From NCBI GenBank assembly GCA_027306595.1, contig DAHUZI010000004.1:19380-83379 (forward strand): DNA of 64,000 nucleotides. The letters run 5' to 3'. Shown piece by piece: positions 29,696-39,798 of this stretch (position 1 is the stretch's first letter; every line of letters begins with the position of its first letter). The position numbers and the translations under genes were made by a program. A model generated the notes under the pieces. That model saw only the letters and a list, made by a program, of their open reading frames with translations, was not told the origin of the DNA and did not search any database. This DNA comes from Candidatus Dormiibacterota bacterium (GTDB lineage: Bacteria > Chloroflexota > Dormibacteria > Aeolococcales > Bog-877).

Positions 29696-30448
29696 ATGCA
29701 GGCGCTGATCGTGTCCCTGCGGGTGCGGCCCGCTGAGCGGACGGCATTCCTCACCGCTATCCGGGCCGATGCCGAGGCCTCGGTCAGCAACGAGCCGGGC
29801 TGCATCCGCTTCGACGTTCTGGCCGACCCCGACGACCCCAACCGCTTCACGCTCTACGAGCTCTACCGCGACGCCGACGCGCTGGCCGCCCACCGGGCCA
29901 CCCCTCACTTCGCCAGCTGGCGCGAGGCGGCAGCCCGCGTCCTGGAGCCCGAGGGAGGCCAGACCAATCGTCTGGCCTCCACCCTGTGGACCCGGGAGGC
30001 AGCCGGCGGCGTCGCGGGAAGGCTCGCCGCCGCAGGGCCGGTCGTGATCCGAGCCGCGGGCATCGGGGTGGTCGACCGCGGCGGCGGGGTCACGACCCGA
30101 CCGGGGGTCGGCGCCCCGACCGTTCGCGGGTGCGGGATCAGCAGCGGGACCACCCGGTTCGCGCCGGGGACGGCGCTTCCCCTCCATCACCACAACGTCG
30201 CGGAGCAGGTGCTGGTGCTCGAGGGCGCCGCCGACGTCGAGCTGGCCGGCACCACCCACCACCTCGCCGCAGGCGACCTCACCTGGGTCCCCGCGGGGGT
30301 TCCCCACCGCTTCGCCAACCGAGCCGATCACCCGCTCCGCATCCAGTGGGTGTACGAAGGCGACCAGGTGACCCGAACCGTCGAGGCCACCGGAGAGACG
30401 GTCGCTCACCTCGGCGACCGGGACCGCCTGGGCGAGGCCGCCGACTGA
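29696..30448 (+). CDS. ABM monooxygenase-domain / cupin-domain fusion protein
   Basis: N-terminal ...FTLYELYRDADALAAHRATPHF (ABM fold). C-terminal LPLHHHNVAEQVLVLEG...WVPAGVPHRF (cupin). Confidence 0.65.
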   Translation: MQALIVSLRVRPAERTAFLTAIRADAEASVSNEPGCIRFDVLADPDDPNRFTLYELYRDADALAAHRATPHFASWREAAARVLEPEGGQTNRLASTLWTREAAGGVAGRLAAAGPVVIRAAGIGVVDRGGGVTTRPGVGAPTVRGCGISSGTTRFAPGTALPLHHHNVAEQVLVLEGAADVELAGTTHHLAAGDLTWVPAGVPHRFANRADHPLRIQWVYEGDQVTRTVEATGETVAHLGDRDRLGEAAD

Positions 30449-30605
30449 GGGGCGTCGTCCCACTCGGCGGAGCCCGCGGGCGGGTGGGCGTCTGCCCGGC
30501 TGGCCCGCGCTGTCGGCGCCCGCGCCCGGGCTGCGGACAGCGGCTGGGCGTGGCGGGCGCGTGGCCCCGCCCGGCCGTCGGGCGCCGTTTGGACCCCATG
30601 GCAGA

Positions 30606-32471
30606 ATGGCCCAGTCGCCGCCCCGGGCGCTGCCGGAGGGTTCCCCCCTGCACCTGACGCGCGTCCTGTTCGGTCGACCGCTGCGCTCGTCCCGAGGGCG
30701 TCGCGAGGAGATCACCCCGATCGAGGGGCTCTCCGCGCTCTCCCTCGACGCGCTGACCTCCGTTGCCTACGGGCCCCAGGCGCTGCTGCTCGCGCTGGGC
30801 GCGGGCGGGCTGGCGGCGCTGCAGATCGCACCTTGGATCACGGTGGCCATCGTCGGACTGCTCCTGCTGCTGGTCGCCTCCTACCTGCAGGTGATCGTCG
30901 CCTATCCCACCGGCGGCGGCGCCTACGCCGTCGCCCGCGCCAACCTGCCGACCCCGTTTGCGCTCCTGGCCGGCTCGGCCCTGATCGTCGACTACGTGCT
31001 CACGGTCGCGGTCTCGATCGCCGCCGGGGTCGGATCGCTGACCTCGGCGTTCCCCCGGCTCGTGCCCCTTGACGTTCCGATCGGGCTGGCGATCCTGGCC
31101 GTGATCACGGTCCTGAACCTGCGTGGGCTGGGGGAGAGCGCGCGGGCGTTCCTCTTGCCGACGATGGCCTTCATCGTCGGGCTGCTGGCCGTGATCGCGG
31201 TCGGGCTGGTCCACCCGCTGGCCCCCCACCTCCACCAGCTGGGAACCTCCCAGGTCGCCACCCGCGCGGTCGAGGCGCTGGGAGTCCTCTTGGTCCTCAA
31301 GGCGTTCTCCGCCGGCTGCAGCGCCCTCACCGGGGTCGAAGCCATCGCCAACGGGGTGCCGCTCTTCCGTCCTCCGCGGGTGGCGCGGGCCCGCACGACC
31401 GAGCTCCTCCTGGGGGGGCTGCTGGCGACCCTCCTCCTGGGGCTGGCGGTGCTGATCCAGCGCTTCCACATCGAGCCTCGGACCCACGACGCCGTCCTCA
31501 GCCAGGTGATCGCGGCCGCGATTCAGCGCGGCTGGGGCTTCGCCGCCCTGTCGATCCTCATCACCCTGGTCCTCGCCCTGGCCGCCAACACCTCGTTCGG
31601 CGGCCTGCCGGTCCTCGCCAGCCTTCTGGCGGGGGACCACCGCCTCCCCCACGCCTTCGCGATCCGCGGCGACCGACTGGTCTTCAACTACGGGATCGTG
31701 GCCCTGGCCGTGCTCTCGGCGGGCCTGTTCCTCTTCACCGGGGGCAACACGGACGCCCTCATCCCCCTGTACGCGATCGGGGTGTTCACCGCCTTCACCC
31801 TCGCCCAGTCGGGCATGGTGCGCCACTGGCTACGGGAGCGGGGCCCCGGCTGGCGGGCGCGGATCGCGGTCAACGCCGCCGGGGCCGCCGCCAGCGGCGT
31901 CGCAACCGTGATCTTCGTCCTCACCAAGTTCACCGAGGGCGCCTGGCTGGTGGTGATCACGATGCCGCTGCTCATCCTCCTGTTCGTGCGCATCCGCCGC
32001 TACTACGACCGGGCGGGGCGGGTCCTCCAGCTGGACCGGCGCCAGCCCAAGCCGCAGGCGGGGCGGACGACCGTGGTGGTGCCCTGCACCGGCATCTCCC
32101 GGCTCACCCAGGAGGCACTCTCGGCGGCGCTCTCGCTGAGCCCCGAGGTGGTCGCCCTGTCGGTCGTGTTCGCCGACGACCGCACCGGTGGACGGGACCT
32201 CGAGGCGAGCTGGGCCCGGTGGGACCCGGGAGCGCCGCTGGTGGTCCTGCACACCGAATACCACTCGGTGGTGCGGCCGATCCTGCGGTACATCGGCTCC
32301 CTCCACCCCGGACCGGAGCGGCGGGTCTTGGTGCTGATCCCCGTCGTGGTGCCCTCCAGCTGGTGGCACGAGCCGCTCCACAACCAGCTGGACCACGTCC
32401 TGAGCGCCGCGCTGCGCCACCGTCGTGATGTGGTGGTCGCGCGCCTGCCTTTGCCGATCCGCCGCGACTGA
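30606..32471 (+). CDS. APC-family amino acid/polyamine permease with a C-terminal cytoplasmic domain
   Basis: 12-TM APC core (AYPTGGGAYAVA motif). The ORF track allows an earlier start at 30561. Confidence 0.8.
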   Translation: MAQSPPRALPEGSPLHLTRVLFGRPLRSSRGRREEITPIEGLSALSLDALTSVAYGPQALLLALGAGGLAALQIAPWITVAIVGLLLLLVASYLQVIVAYPTGGGAYAVARANLPTPFALLAGSALIVDYVLTVAVSIAAGVGSLTSAFPRLVPLDVPIGLAILAVITVLNLRGLGESARAFLLPTMAFIVGLLAVIAVGLVHPLAPHLHQLGTSQVATRAVEALGVLLVLKAFSAGCSALTGVEAIANGVPLFRPPRVARARTTELLLGGLLATLLLGLAVLIQRFHIEPRTHDAVLSQVIAAAIQRGWGFAALSILITLVLALAANTSFGGLPVLASLLAGDHRLPHAFAIRGDRLVFNYGIVALAVLSAGLFLFTGGNTDALIPLYAIGVFTAFTLAQSGMVRHWLRERGPGWRARIAVNAAGAAASGVATVIFVLTKFTEGAWLVVITMPLLILLFVRIRRYYDRAGRVLQLDRRQPKPQAGRTTVVVPCTGISRLTQEALSAALSLSPEVVALSVVFADDRTGGRDLEASWARWDPGAPLVVLHTEYHSVVRPILRYIGSLHPGPERRVLVLIPVVVPSSWWHEPLHNQLDHVLSAALRHRRDVVVARLPLPIRRD

Positions 32472-32747
32472 GGCCGCCACCCCCGCGGGCGCGCGGGTCG
32501 CGCGCTCGCGGCCCCGTGGGCCCGCCCCTCGACCGGAACGGCCGCGGGCACCGCCGGCCCGGCGGGAAGCGCCGCTCGGGTGGGCGGGGCGATCTGGCCG
32601 GTGTCGAGGTCGGCGGCCCCGCCACCGTCCCCGATCGCGGCCGCGCCGCGGGCGGCCACCGCAGCCCGGGGTCGGCCGGAGCGGCCCGTTCGGGGTCAGA
32701 ACGGCGCCGGCCTGGTGGACGTCGGCGGACGTTCGTGACCCACCTCG

Positions 32748-33823
32748 TCAGGCGGCCAGGGGGGCGCCGACATCGGGCCAGCGGCAGGGGTGCGCGGGGC
32801 GGCGGTTGTACGTGGCGATGAACGCGGACAGCTGCGCCTGGAGAGCTTCCGCGGAGGCGAAGTCGCCGTGCCGGAGGAGCCGGCGCGTGAGGGTCCGGCA
32901 CCACCGCTCGATCTCGTTCAGCCAACTGGCGTAGGAGGGCAGGTAGTGGAGCTGGAGGCGTCCCGGGTGTGCCGCCTGCCAGGCGTGGACGACGGGCCGC
33001 CGTGGGTGTTGAGGTTGTCGACCACGGCGGGGATCCCCTGCCCCGCCGGGATGTGGGCATCGAGCTGGTCGAGGACGGCGGTGAAGACGGTCGCCGGCCG
33101 GTGGGGGGTGACCAGGCCGAGCACCTATCCGGTGTGCACCTCGAGGCCGGCGGTGAGGAAGCGGGTGCCGTGGCGGACGTACTCACACTCCCGCTTGATA
33201 CGCCCCTCCGGGCGCCGCAGCGGCAAGGCGGGGAACCTCCGCGCCAAGGCCTGGATGCTGGTGTTCTCATCGATCGACCAGACCATCCCGTCGGGCGGCG
33301 GACCGAGATACGGCGGCAGGATCGCGCGCATCGTGGTGTCGAAGTGGGCGTCGGTGCGACGCTTCCAGGAGGCACAGCCATGCGGCTCGAGGTCGGCGGT
33401 CTGGAGGATGCGGTGCGCGGCGCGTCCGCTGATCGCGGCGACGCGTCCGTCCCGGACCACCGTCTCGGCCAGCAGCGACCCGCTCCAGGTCGTGTAGCCG
33501 GCGAGGCCCACGTCCGCGGGCGTGGTGCACGCGGCCGCGATCACCCTGCAGCGCTCGGTCGGGGTGATCCGGCGGGGGCGGCCCGACCGGGGCGCGTCGC
33601 GCAGGCCGGCCATCCGATCCCGGGCCATCCGCCCCACCCACTTGCGGACGGTGCGAGGCCTGCGCCCGAGCCGGCGGGCGACGGCCCGCCGAGACACCCC
33701 GGCGGCCACCTGCGGGAGGATGCGGGCCCGGAGCGCAGCGCGCTGAGGACTGGTCGGCCGGTCGGCCATCCGCCGGAGCGTGCGGCGCTCCGCGGCGGCC
33801 AGCACGAGGGCAGGAGGACGCAT
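32748..33823 (-). mobile_element. IS630-family transposase remnant (pseudogene: in-frame TAG plus a frameshift)
   Basis: N-terminal HTH and DAPRSGRPRRIT. EVHTG-TAG-VLGLVTP is an in-frame stop at 33125. After AVVDNLNTHGGP a frame change brings in VVHAWQAAHPGRLQLHYLPSYASWLNEIERWC...FIATYNRRPAHPCRWP. I could not verify the IRs. Confidence 0.7.
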
Positions 33824-34008
33824 GGGAGACGCCTCGCGACGGGAGATACTGTCACCGCGCCGAACCGTCGTACGCGTCGGAGGGTTTCCCGCTGCCGATC
33901 CCCACGAGCACCCAGCACTCGCTGGAGTGGAAGCTGGCCGTCCGGCGCCGCGAGCGCTGGCCGCAGCTGGCCGAGCTCCAGGTCCGGTACAAGGGGCGCT
34001 TCGTCTAC

Positions 34009-34227
34009 GTGGCCGGGGTCCTCCCCGACGGCGCCGTCCTGTCGCTCTGCCGGCTCCGCTACGGTGGCTACGCCGCCACCTTCGGCTTCGCCATCTACCG
34101 AGCCTCCAGCGAGCGGTACGAAGAGTCCGCCCTCCCCTCCGGAGCCTTCGCCGGCACCCCTGAAGAGGCCCTCGACTGTGCCTGCGGCCTCTATCTCGGC
34201 GACCCCTCCGCCTGGGTCACGAACTAA
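34009..34227 (+). CDS. conserved hypothetical protein fragment (...YGGYAATFGFAIYRASSERYEESALPSG...GTPEEALDCACGLYLGDPSAW)
   Basis: The frame stays open upstream to about 33841 with no ATG/GTG/TTG. Possibly truncated by the adjacent IS. Confidence 0.35.
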   Translation: MAGVLPDGAVLSLCRLRYGGYAATFGFAIYRASSERYEESALPSGAFAGTPEEALDCACGLYLGDPSAWVTN

Positions 34228-34239
34228 CGCCGAGGTCCA

Positions 34240-36189
34240 CTAGACCCCCTTGACCCCGGGGGTGGTCCCGGCCCGGAAGGGATTGGGATCGAGGCTCATA
34301 CGCAGGCTCTCGCCGAAGGCGCGGGTGACCGCCTCCCAGACGTGGTGGGGATCGCGTCCGCTGAGGACCCGGATGTGGAGGGTGGCGCCCGCGCCCTCCG
34401 CGAAGCCGCCGAAGAAGTTCTCGAGGTCGACCGACGCCATGTCCTCCACCCGCTCGGGGAGGCGCCCGGCGACCCCGTCCACGGCGAGACGGGTGAGGTC
34501 CTCGAAGCTCACCGCGACGGTAGCGTGCGCCTCGTCGATCACCCCGGTCGCGGCGCCGGCGCCCTCGACCCCGCGGGGCTGGTTCTGGCGGACCAGGGCC
34601 CGGAACGCGGCCCCGAGGGTGAGGCCGACGTCCTCGGCCAGGACGTGGTCGAGCGGGAAGCCCTCGAGGACGGCCGAGACCTGGAGGTTGAGGCCGGCCC
34701 GCCAGGCAATCGTCTCGAGCATGTGGTTCAGGAAGACCCGCGCGGTCTCGATCCGCTGCCGCTGCGCGGGGTCGCGCTCGCCCCGATGGAGGCCGACGAC
34801 GACGTGCGACTCGCGGGTCCTCCTCGCCACCACGACCGCCTCGGGGCCGACCCGGATCCAGTCGAGCCCGCGGTCGCCCACCGTCCGCGGGGGGGCGACC
34901 GGACGCCGAGCCACCGATTCGGCGTGGGCGGCGAAGCCCTCGGCGCGCGCCAGCCGCTCCACATCGTCGCGCACGGCCTCGAGGCCGTCGGCGGTCAGCT
35001 CCACCACCGACGCCGTGCGCAGGAAGTCTCGGACGCCGAGGGCGGACATGCTGCGCGCGGAGCCGCCCGTGGGCAGGACCGCGTTGGGGCCGACGAGGTA
35101 GTTGCACGCCGACACCGGCGTGTTCGGCCCGATGATGACCTCGCCGGCGTAGCGGATCCGCTCGAGGAGCTCGTAGGGGCGGGCGACGTCGAGCACGAGG
35201 TGCTCGGTGGCGAGCTGATTGACCAGGGTGACCGCCTCGTCGATCGAGTCGACCAGGAGCGCGCCGCCCCGCTCGGCGAGCACCGACCGCACCCACCCGC
35301 GGCGCGGCTCCGGGAGCCGCGCCGCCACCTGCTCCACCTGCTCGGCGACCGCCCGAGCCACCGGCTCGCTGGTGGTCACGAGGTAGCTGATCGAGTCGGG
35401 GCCGTGCTCCGCCTCGTTGCAGAGGTCGAGGGCCACGACCTCGGGGTCCACCGTCCCGTCGGCGAGCACGATCGACTCGCTCGGCCCGGACTGGAGCCCG
35501 ATGTCGACGGTGCCGGCGAGGAGCTGCTTGGCGCAGGTGACGTAGGCGTTGCCGGGGCCGAGGATCTTGGCGACCGGCTCCACCGACTCGGTCCCCAGGG
35601 CGAGCGCGGCCACCGCCTGGGCCCCGCCCATCCGATAAACGGTGTCGAGGCCGAGCCGCTCGGCGACGTACAGGGTCGCGGGATCGAGCCGGCCGGCGGC
35701 GTCGGGCGGGCTGGCCACGGCGATCCGCTCCACGCCCGCCACCCGGGCAGGCACCCCGAGCATGACGAGCACCGACCCGAACGACCCCTTGCCGCGGGGC
35801 ACGTAGCAGCCGACGGACTCGATCGGGACCGTCTGCTCCCCCGCGCGGGTGCCGCCGGGGAGCGCCTCCAGCCACAGCCGGGGCGGGAGCTGGCGGCGAT
35901 GGAAGCGCTCCACGCGCTCGATCGCATGGTCGAGCGCGCGGCGCAGCTCCGCCGGAAGATCGGCCGCGGCCCCGGCCCGCTCCTCGGCGGAGATCCGCAG
36001 GTCGCGCCCCGCCAGGTCCGCCCCGCCGAACTCGAGCTCGAAGGCGCGGACGGCCGAGTCGCCCTGGTCGGCGACCTGGTCGATCACCCGGCGGCAGGTG
36101 GCGATGACCGCCTCGGGGATCGCGGCGCGGCGGTGAACCAGGCGGCGGCGCTCGCCCTCGGCGAGGTCCGCCCAGCGGGTGATCTTCAC
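34240..36189 (-). CDS. hisD-hisB: histidinol dehydrogenase (HisD) continuous in frame with imidazoleglycerol-phosphate dehydratase (HisB)
   Basis: HisD body and C-terminus (AEGFAAHAESVARR). A 25-aa linker runs through a G7 run (34889..34895). Then HisB (FLNHMLETIAW ... DPHHVWEAVTRAFGESLR). A GTG with GAGG RBS lies at the HisB N-terminus. Confidence 0.75.
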   Translation of the reverse strand: MKITRWADLAEGERRRLVHRRAAIPEAVIATCRRVIDQVADQGDSAVRAFELEFGGADLAGRDLRISAEERAGAAADLPAELRRALDHAIERVERFHRRQLPPRLWLEALPGGTRAGEQTVPIESVGCYVPRGKGSFGSVLVMLGVPARVAGVERIAVASPPDAAGRLDPATLYVAERLGLDTVYRMGGAQAVAALALGTESVEPVAKILGPGNAYVTCAKQLLAGTVDIGLQSGPSESIVLADGTVDPEVVALDLCNEAEHGPDSISYLVTTSEPVARAVAEQVEQVAARLPEPRRGWVRSVLAERGGALLVDSIDEAVTLVNQLATEHLVLDVARPYELLERIRYAGEVIIGPNTPVSACNYLVGPNAVLPTGGSARSMSALGVRDFLRTASVVELTADGLEAVRDDVERLARAEGFAAHAESVARRPVAPPRTVGDRGLDWIRVGPEAVVVARRTRESHVVVGLHRGERDPAQRQRIETARVFLNHMLETIAWRAGLNLQVSAVLEGFPLDHVLAEDVGLTLGAAFRALVRQNQPRGVEGAGAATGVIDEAHATVAVSFEDLTRLAVDGVAGRLPERVEDMASVDLENFFGGFAEGAGATLHIRVLSGRDPHHVWEAVTRAFGESLRMSLDPNPFRAGTTPGVKGV

Positions 36190-36316
36190 GGCTGGGGCTC
36201 CGATGGTTCGGGGGCGGGCGGGCGGACCGTCATCGTAGGCAACCGGCCCCAATCCGTGGGCGACTCCGCTGGGCGGAGCGCCGCCCGCGCCCGCCCCGGC
36301 TGGCGCCTGCCGCCCC

Positions 36317-37861
36317 TCAGCCGGGCGGCCGCGCCTCCAACGGGGCGAGGCGGCGGGACATCGCCGCGACGAAGGCGGGGTCGTCCCCGAGCCCGTCGAG
36401 GTTCACCCTCACGTTCCGGCAGGCGCTCCCCACCGCTGCCTGCGCCAGCAGCGCCGCCGTCTCGGCGTCCGACCGGGCGTTGCGGTTGCCGATCTCCGCG
36501 ACCTCCCGCGCCAGTCGGCCGACCTGCGCCGCCTCCTCGGCGGTCTCGAGGGGGACCTCGGAGGCCGCCCGCAGGGCATCCGCGAGGCGGCCCTGCCTCG
36601 CCGCCCGCTCGTCCGGGTCCGACCGCGGCAGGCGCAGCGCGGCGGCGACCCCGTCGTAGGCGGCGGCGTCGCGGTCGACGAGCTCGAGGAGGCGAGCCTG
36701 CCGCGCCGCCGCCTCCCCCTCGATCGCCGCGATCCGTTCCTGCACCGCCTGGTAGCGGGTCCGCCCCAGGGTCAGACGGCAGACCATCGCGACCAGCGAG
36801 GCGGCCAGCGAGCCGGCCAGGGCGGCCACGCTGCCGCCTCCCGGGACGGGCTCGGGGGCCGCGACCCGGGCCACGAAGCCGGCGACCGGGAGCTGGCCGA
36901 GCGGCCCTGGGGGATCCGGAGCGGCCGCCGGTTCGGCGCCGACGAGCCGGGTCTCGATGATCTGTTCGGGGGTGAAGCCGCGCAGCCGAAGGGCCTCGGC
37001 CGCCGCCAGGACCACGGCCTCCAGGGGCACCAGCCCGACCACCTCGCTGTCCTCGACCGCGACCCCCTGCTCGGCCGCGCGCGCCTCCACCGCCCGGAAG
37101 GCCGTGTGTAGGGGGGTGCGGTGGAAGTCGGTGAGGTTCATCGAGACCTGCACGATCCCCCGGTCCTCGAGGGCGAAGCCCATCGCCTTGACCGCCGGCA
37201 GCCCCCCGTCACGCTCGCGGACCTGGCGGGCGATCCGCCGGGCGAGAGCGAGATCGTCGGTGCCCAGATCGACGTTGTAGGCGATGAGGACCGGGCGGGC
37301 GCCGACCGCGGTCGCCCCCGCGGTCGGGTGGATCCGGGCGGGACCGAAGTCGGGCGCCCGCGCGGGGTCCGTGCCGATCCGCTCCCTGAGCCCCTCGAAC
37401 TGCCCCTCGCGGACCCGGGCGAGGTCGCGGCGCTCCGGGCGGGTGGCTGCGGCCTCGTAGAGGAAGACCGGGATCCCGAAGCGCTCGGCGAAGCGGGAGG
37501 CGAAGCGGCGCGCGAGCTCGACGCAGGTCTCCATCGACACGTCCCGGAGCGGCACGAACGGGACGACGTCCACCGCCCCCATCCGCGGGTGCTCGCCGGT
37601 GTGGCGGGTGAGGTCGATCGCCTCGACGGCCACGGCGCTGGCCGCGAGCGCGCCGTCGAGGACCGCGTCGGGAGGGCCGACCAGCGTGAGGACCATGCGG
37701 TTGTGGCTGGGATCGTGCTCCGTGTCGAGCACCGTGACCCCGGCCACGGCCCTGGCCCCGGCTGCGATCGCGCGGACGACCTCGGGGCGGCGGCCCTCGC
37801 TGAAGTTGGGTACGCATTCGACCAGCGGGTGCTCGCCTCCAGCGCTCACGGCCGAGCCCAC
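36317..37861 (-). CDS. ftcD: bifunctional glutamate formimidoyltransferase / formimidoyl-THF cyclodeaminase (FtcD)
   Basis: N-terminal LVECVPNFSEGRR formiminotransferase domain. C-terminal GGGSVAALAGSLAASLVAMV cyclodeaminase domain. Confidence 0.85.
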   Translation of the reverse strand: MGSAVSAGGEHPLVECVPNFSEGRRPEVVRAIAAGARAVAGVTVLDTEHDPSHNRMVLTLVGPPDAVLDGALAASAVAVEAIDLTRHTGEHPRMGAVDVVPFVPLRDVSMETCVELARRFASRFAERFGIPVFLYEAAATRPERRDLARVREGQFEGLRERIGTDPARAPDFGPARIHPTAGATAVGARPVLIAYNVDLGTDDLALARRIARQVRERDGGLPAVKAMGFALEDRGIVQVSMNLTDFHRTPLHTAFRAVEARAAEQGVAVEDSEVVGLVPLEAVVLAAAEALRLRGFTPEQIIETRLVGAEPAAAPDPPGPLGQLPVAGFVARVAAPEPVPGGGSVAALAGSLAASLVAMVCRLTLGRTRYQAVQERIAAIEGEAAARQARLLELVDRDAAAYDGVAAALRLPRSDPDERAARQGRLADALRAASEVPLETAEEAAQVGRLAREVAEIGNRNARSDAETAALLAQAAVGSACRNVRVNLDGLGDDPAFVAAMSRRLAPLEARPPG

Positions 37862-38063
37862 GTGGCGGCGGGCTGCGCCGCCCGCGGGCGGTCAGCGCCC
37901 TGCCCCGCCCCCGGTCCTAGTCCGTCGTGTCGCTCCACCGATCCCGTCCTCCCCTCACCCCGCTCGGCGGCCGGCCGACTGGCGTCGCGCGCGCCCGGTT
38001 GCCGCCTCCGAGATACCGTAGCGCGCCGACCCGAGGCCTTGTCGGCCGACCCCCGAGGGGGCG

Positions 38064-38115
38064 CGATTCCACGTGGATGCCGGGAGTGTTTCCCGCGCCC
38101 ACCTGCGTGGAATCG
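38064..38115. promoter_or_regulatory. palindromic operator candidate (core TCCACGTGGA at 38068..38077, partner half-site CGTGGAATCG at 38106..38115) in the ftcD / permease-hutU divergent region
   Basis: Perfect 10-bp palindrome and an inverted 10-bp repeat of CGATTCCACG, read directly. Confidence 0.35.
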
Positions 38116-38363
38116 GCGGTCCGGTGCCCGATCTCCCCTGTGCTACCGTGACCCTTCGAGGGCTCCAGTCGGCCGCCGATCGTGGGCGCCGCGGCCCGGC
38201 GTCGGTGGAGCGCGCGAGGGTGTCCGGGATGCGAACCGCGATCGGCGGGGCGGAGCTGGGGACACCGAGCGAGCCGGGGCGCTCGGATGCCGGGACCGGG
38301 TGCGGCGCCGGGCACGACGGCCGGGGCGGTGCCCGGTGCGGACCGGCAGCGAGGTGATCAGCC

Positions 38364-39797
38364 ATGGCCAGTGATGAGCGCTCGTATCGCCGCAGCCTCC
38401 AGGTGGAGCGCCGGACCATCGACCACGTGCCGCCCGCCGAGCGGCACGGGCATCCCAGCAGCCTGTTCACGATCTGGTTCGCCTCCAACATGCAGGTCAC
38501 CGCCGCGGTCACCGGCGCGCTCGCGGTGATCATCGGGCTGCCGCTGCCCTGGGCTCTGCTGGCGGTCGTGATCGGCAACCTCTTCGGGGTCAGCTTCATG
38601 GCCCTCCACTCGGCCCAGGGACCCAAGCTGGGCGTGCCGCAGATGATCCAGAGCCGAGCACAGTTCGGCTTCTATGGCGCCATCCTCCCGCTCCTGCTCG
38701 TCGTGGTGATGTATGTCGGCTTCTTCGCCACCAGCGCAGTCCTTGGGGGCGCGGCGCTGACGAGCTGGTGGAGCATCAACCAGACCGTAGCGACGATCAT
38801 CGTGTCCGCTGTGTGCACGGTCCTGGCCGTGTTCGGCTACCGGCTCATCCATCAGGCGGAGCGCTGGATCAGCCTCATCTCGGGGCTGGGATTCGTCTAC
38901 CTGACGGTGCGGCTGCTCCAGCTCCACTCCATCGGATCGGTGTGGCACGGCGGCAGCTTCGGCTACGGGACGTTCCTACTCGCGGTCACCATCGCGGCCA
39001 CCTGGCAGATCACCTACGCGCCCTACGTCGCCGACTACTCCCGCTACCTGCCCGAGACCACCTCGCTGCGATCGGCGTTCTGGTGGACCGCGGCCGGCTC
39101 GGTGCTGGGCACGGTGTGGATGATGGGGTTCGGGGCGGTGGCGGTGGCGGTGGCGGCCCAGGCCTTCAGCGGCGGCTCGGTCGCCTTCGTCGTGGGGCTC
39201 GGCTCCGGCGACGTCCGCTGGCTGATCTCGCTCATCCTGGTGCTCGGGATCGTCGCCGTCAATGTGCTGAACCTGTATGGGATGTTCATGGCGTCGACCA
39301 CGACCGTGACCGCCTTGCGCCAGCTTCAGGTCCATCGCCGCACCCGGGCCGCCTTCGTCGTCGCGGCGGCGGTGGTAGGGACGGTGGTGGCGGTGGCGGC
39401 CACCTCCAACTTCCTCACCAACTTCGAGAACTTCATCCTGTTCCTCGCCTACTTCCTCATCCCCTGGACCGCCATCAACCTCACCGACTTCTACGTGGTG
39501 CGGCGCGGGCACTACGACCTGCGCTCCATCTTCACGCCCAGCGGGATCTACGGCCGGGTCAACGGCCGCGCCCTCACCGCCTACCTCGTCGCGATCGCCG
39601 TCGAGATCCCCTTCATGAACACGACCTTCTTCGCCGGCCCGATGGTGAGCCGGCTGGGCGGCGGCGACATCTCCTGGATCCTCGGTCTGATCGTCAGCAC
39701 GCTGCTGTACTACGCGCTGATGCATGGGGCCGCTCTGCGGCCGGCACGGCCCAGCGGGACCCCCGCGGGGCCGGTCGGCCATCCCATCGGAGGGTGA
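38364..39797 (+). CDS. NCS1-family (cytosine/purine/hydantoin-type) permease
   Basis: 12-TM NCS1 pattern. Immediately upstream of and overlapping-adjacent to hutU. Confidence 0.8.
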   Translation: MASDERSYRRSLQVERRTIDHVPPAERHGHPSSLFTIWFASNMQVTAAVTGALAVIIGLPLPWALLAVVIGNLFGVSFMALHSAQGPKLGVPQMIQSRAQFGFYGAILPLLLVVVMYVGFFATSAVLGGAALTSWWSINQTVATIIVSAVCTVLAVFGYRLIHQAERWISLISGLGFVYLTVRLLQLHSIGSVWHGGSFGYGTFLLAVTIAATWQITYAPYVADYSRYLPETTSLRSAFWWTAAGSVLGTVWMMGFGAVAVAVAAQAFSGGSVAFVVGLGSGDVRWLISLILVLGIVAVNVLNLYGMFMASTTTVTALRQLQVHRRTRAAFVVAAAVVGTVVAVAATSNFLTNFENFILFLAYFLIPWTAINLTDFYVVRRGHYDLRSIFTPSGIYGRVNGRALTAYLVAIAVEIPFMNTTFFAGPMVSRLGGGDISWILGLIVSTLLYYALMHGAALRPARPSGTPAGPVGHPIGG

Positions 39798-39798
39798 C

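Noticed and set aside
34342-36960. 872-aa + strand ORF
   Set aside because: Antisense to hisD-hisB and ftcD.
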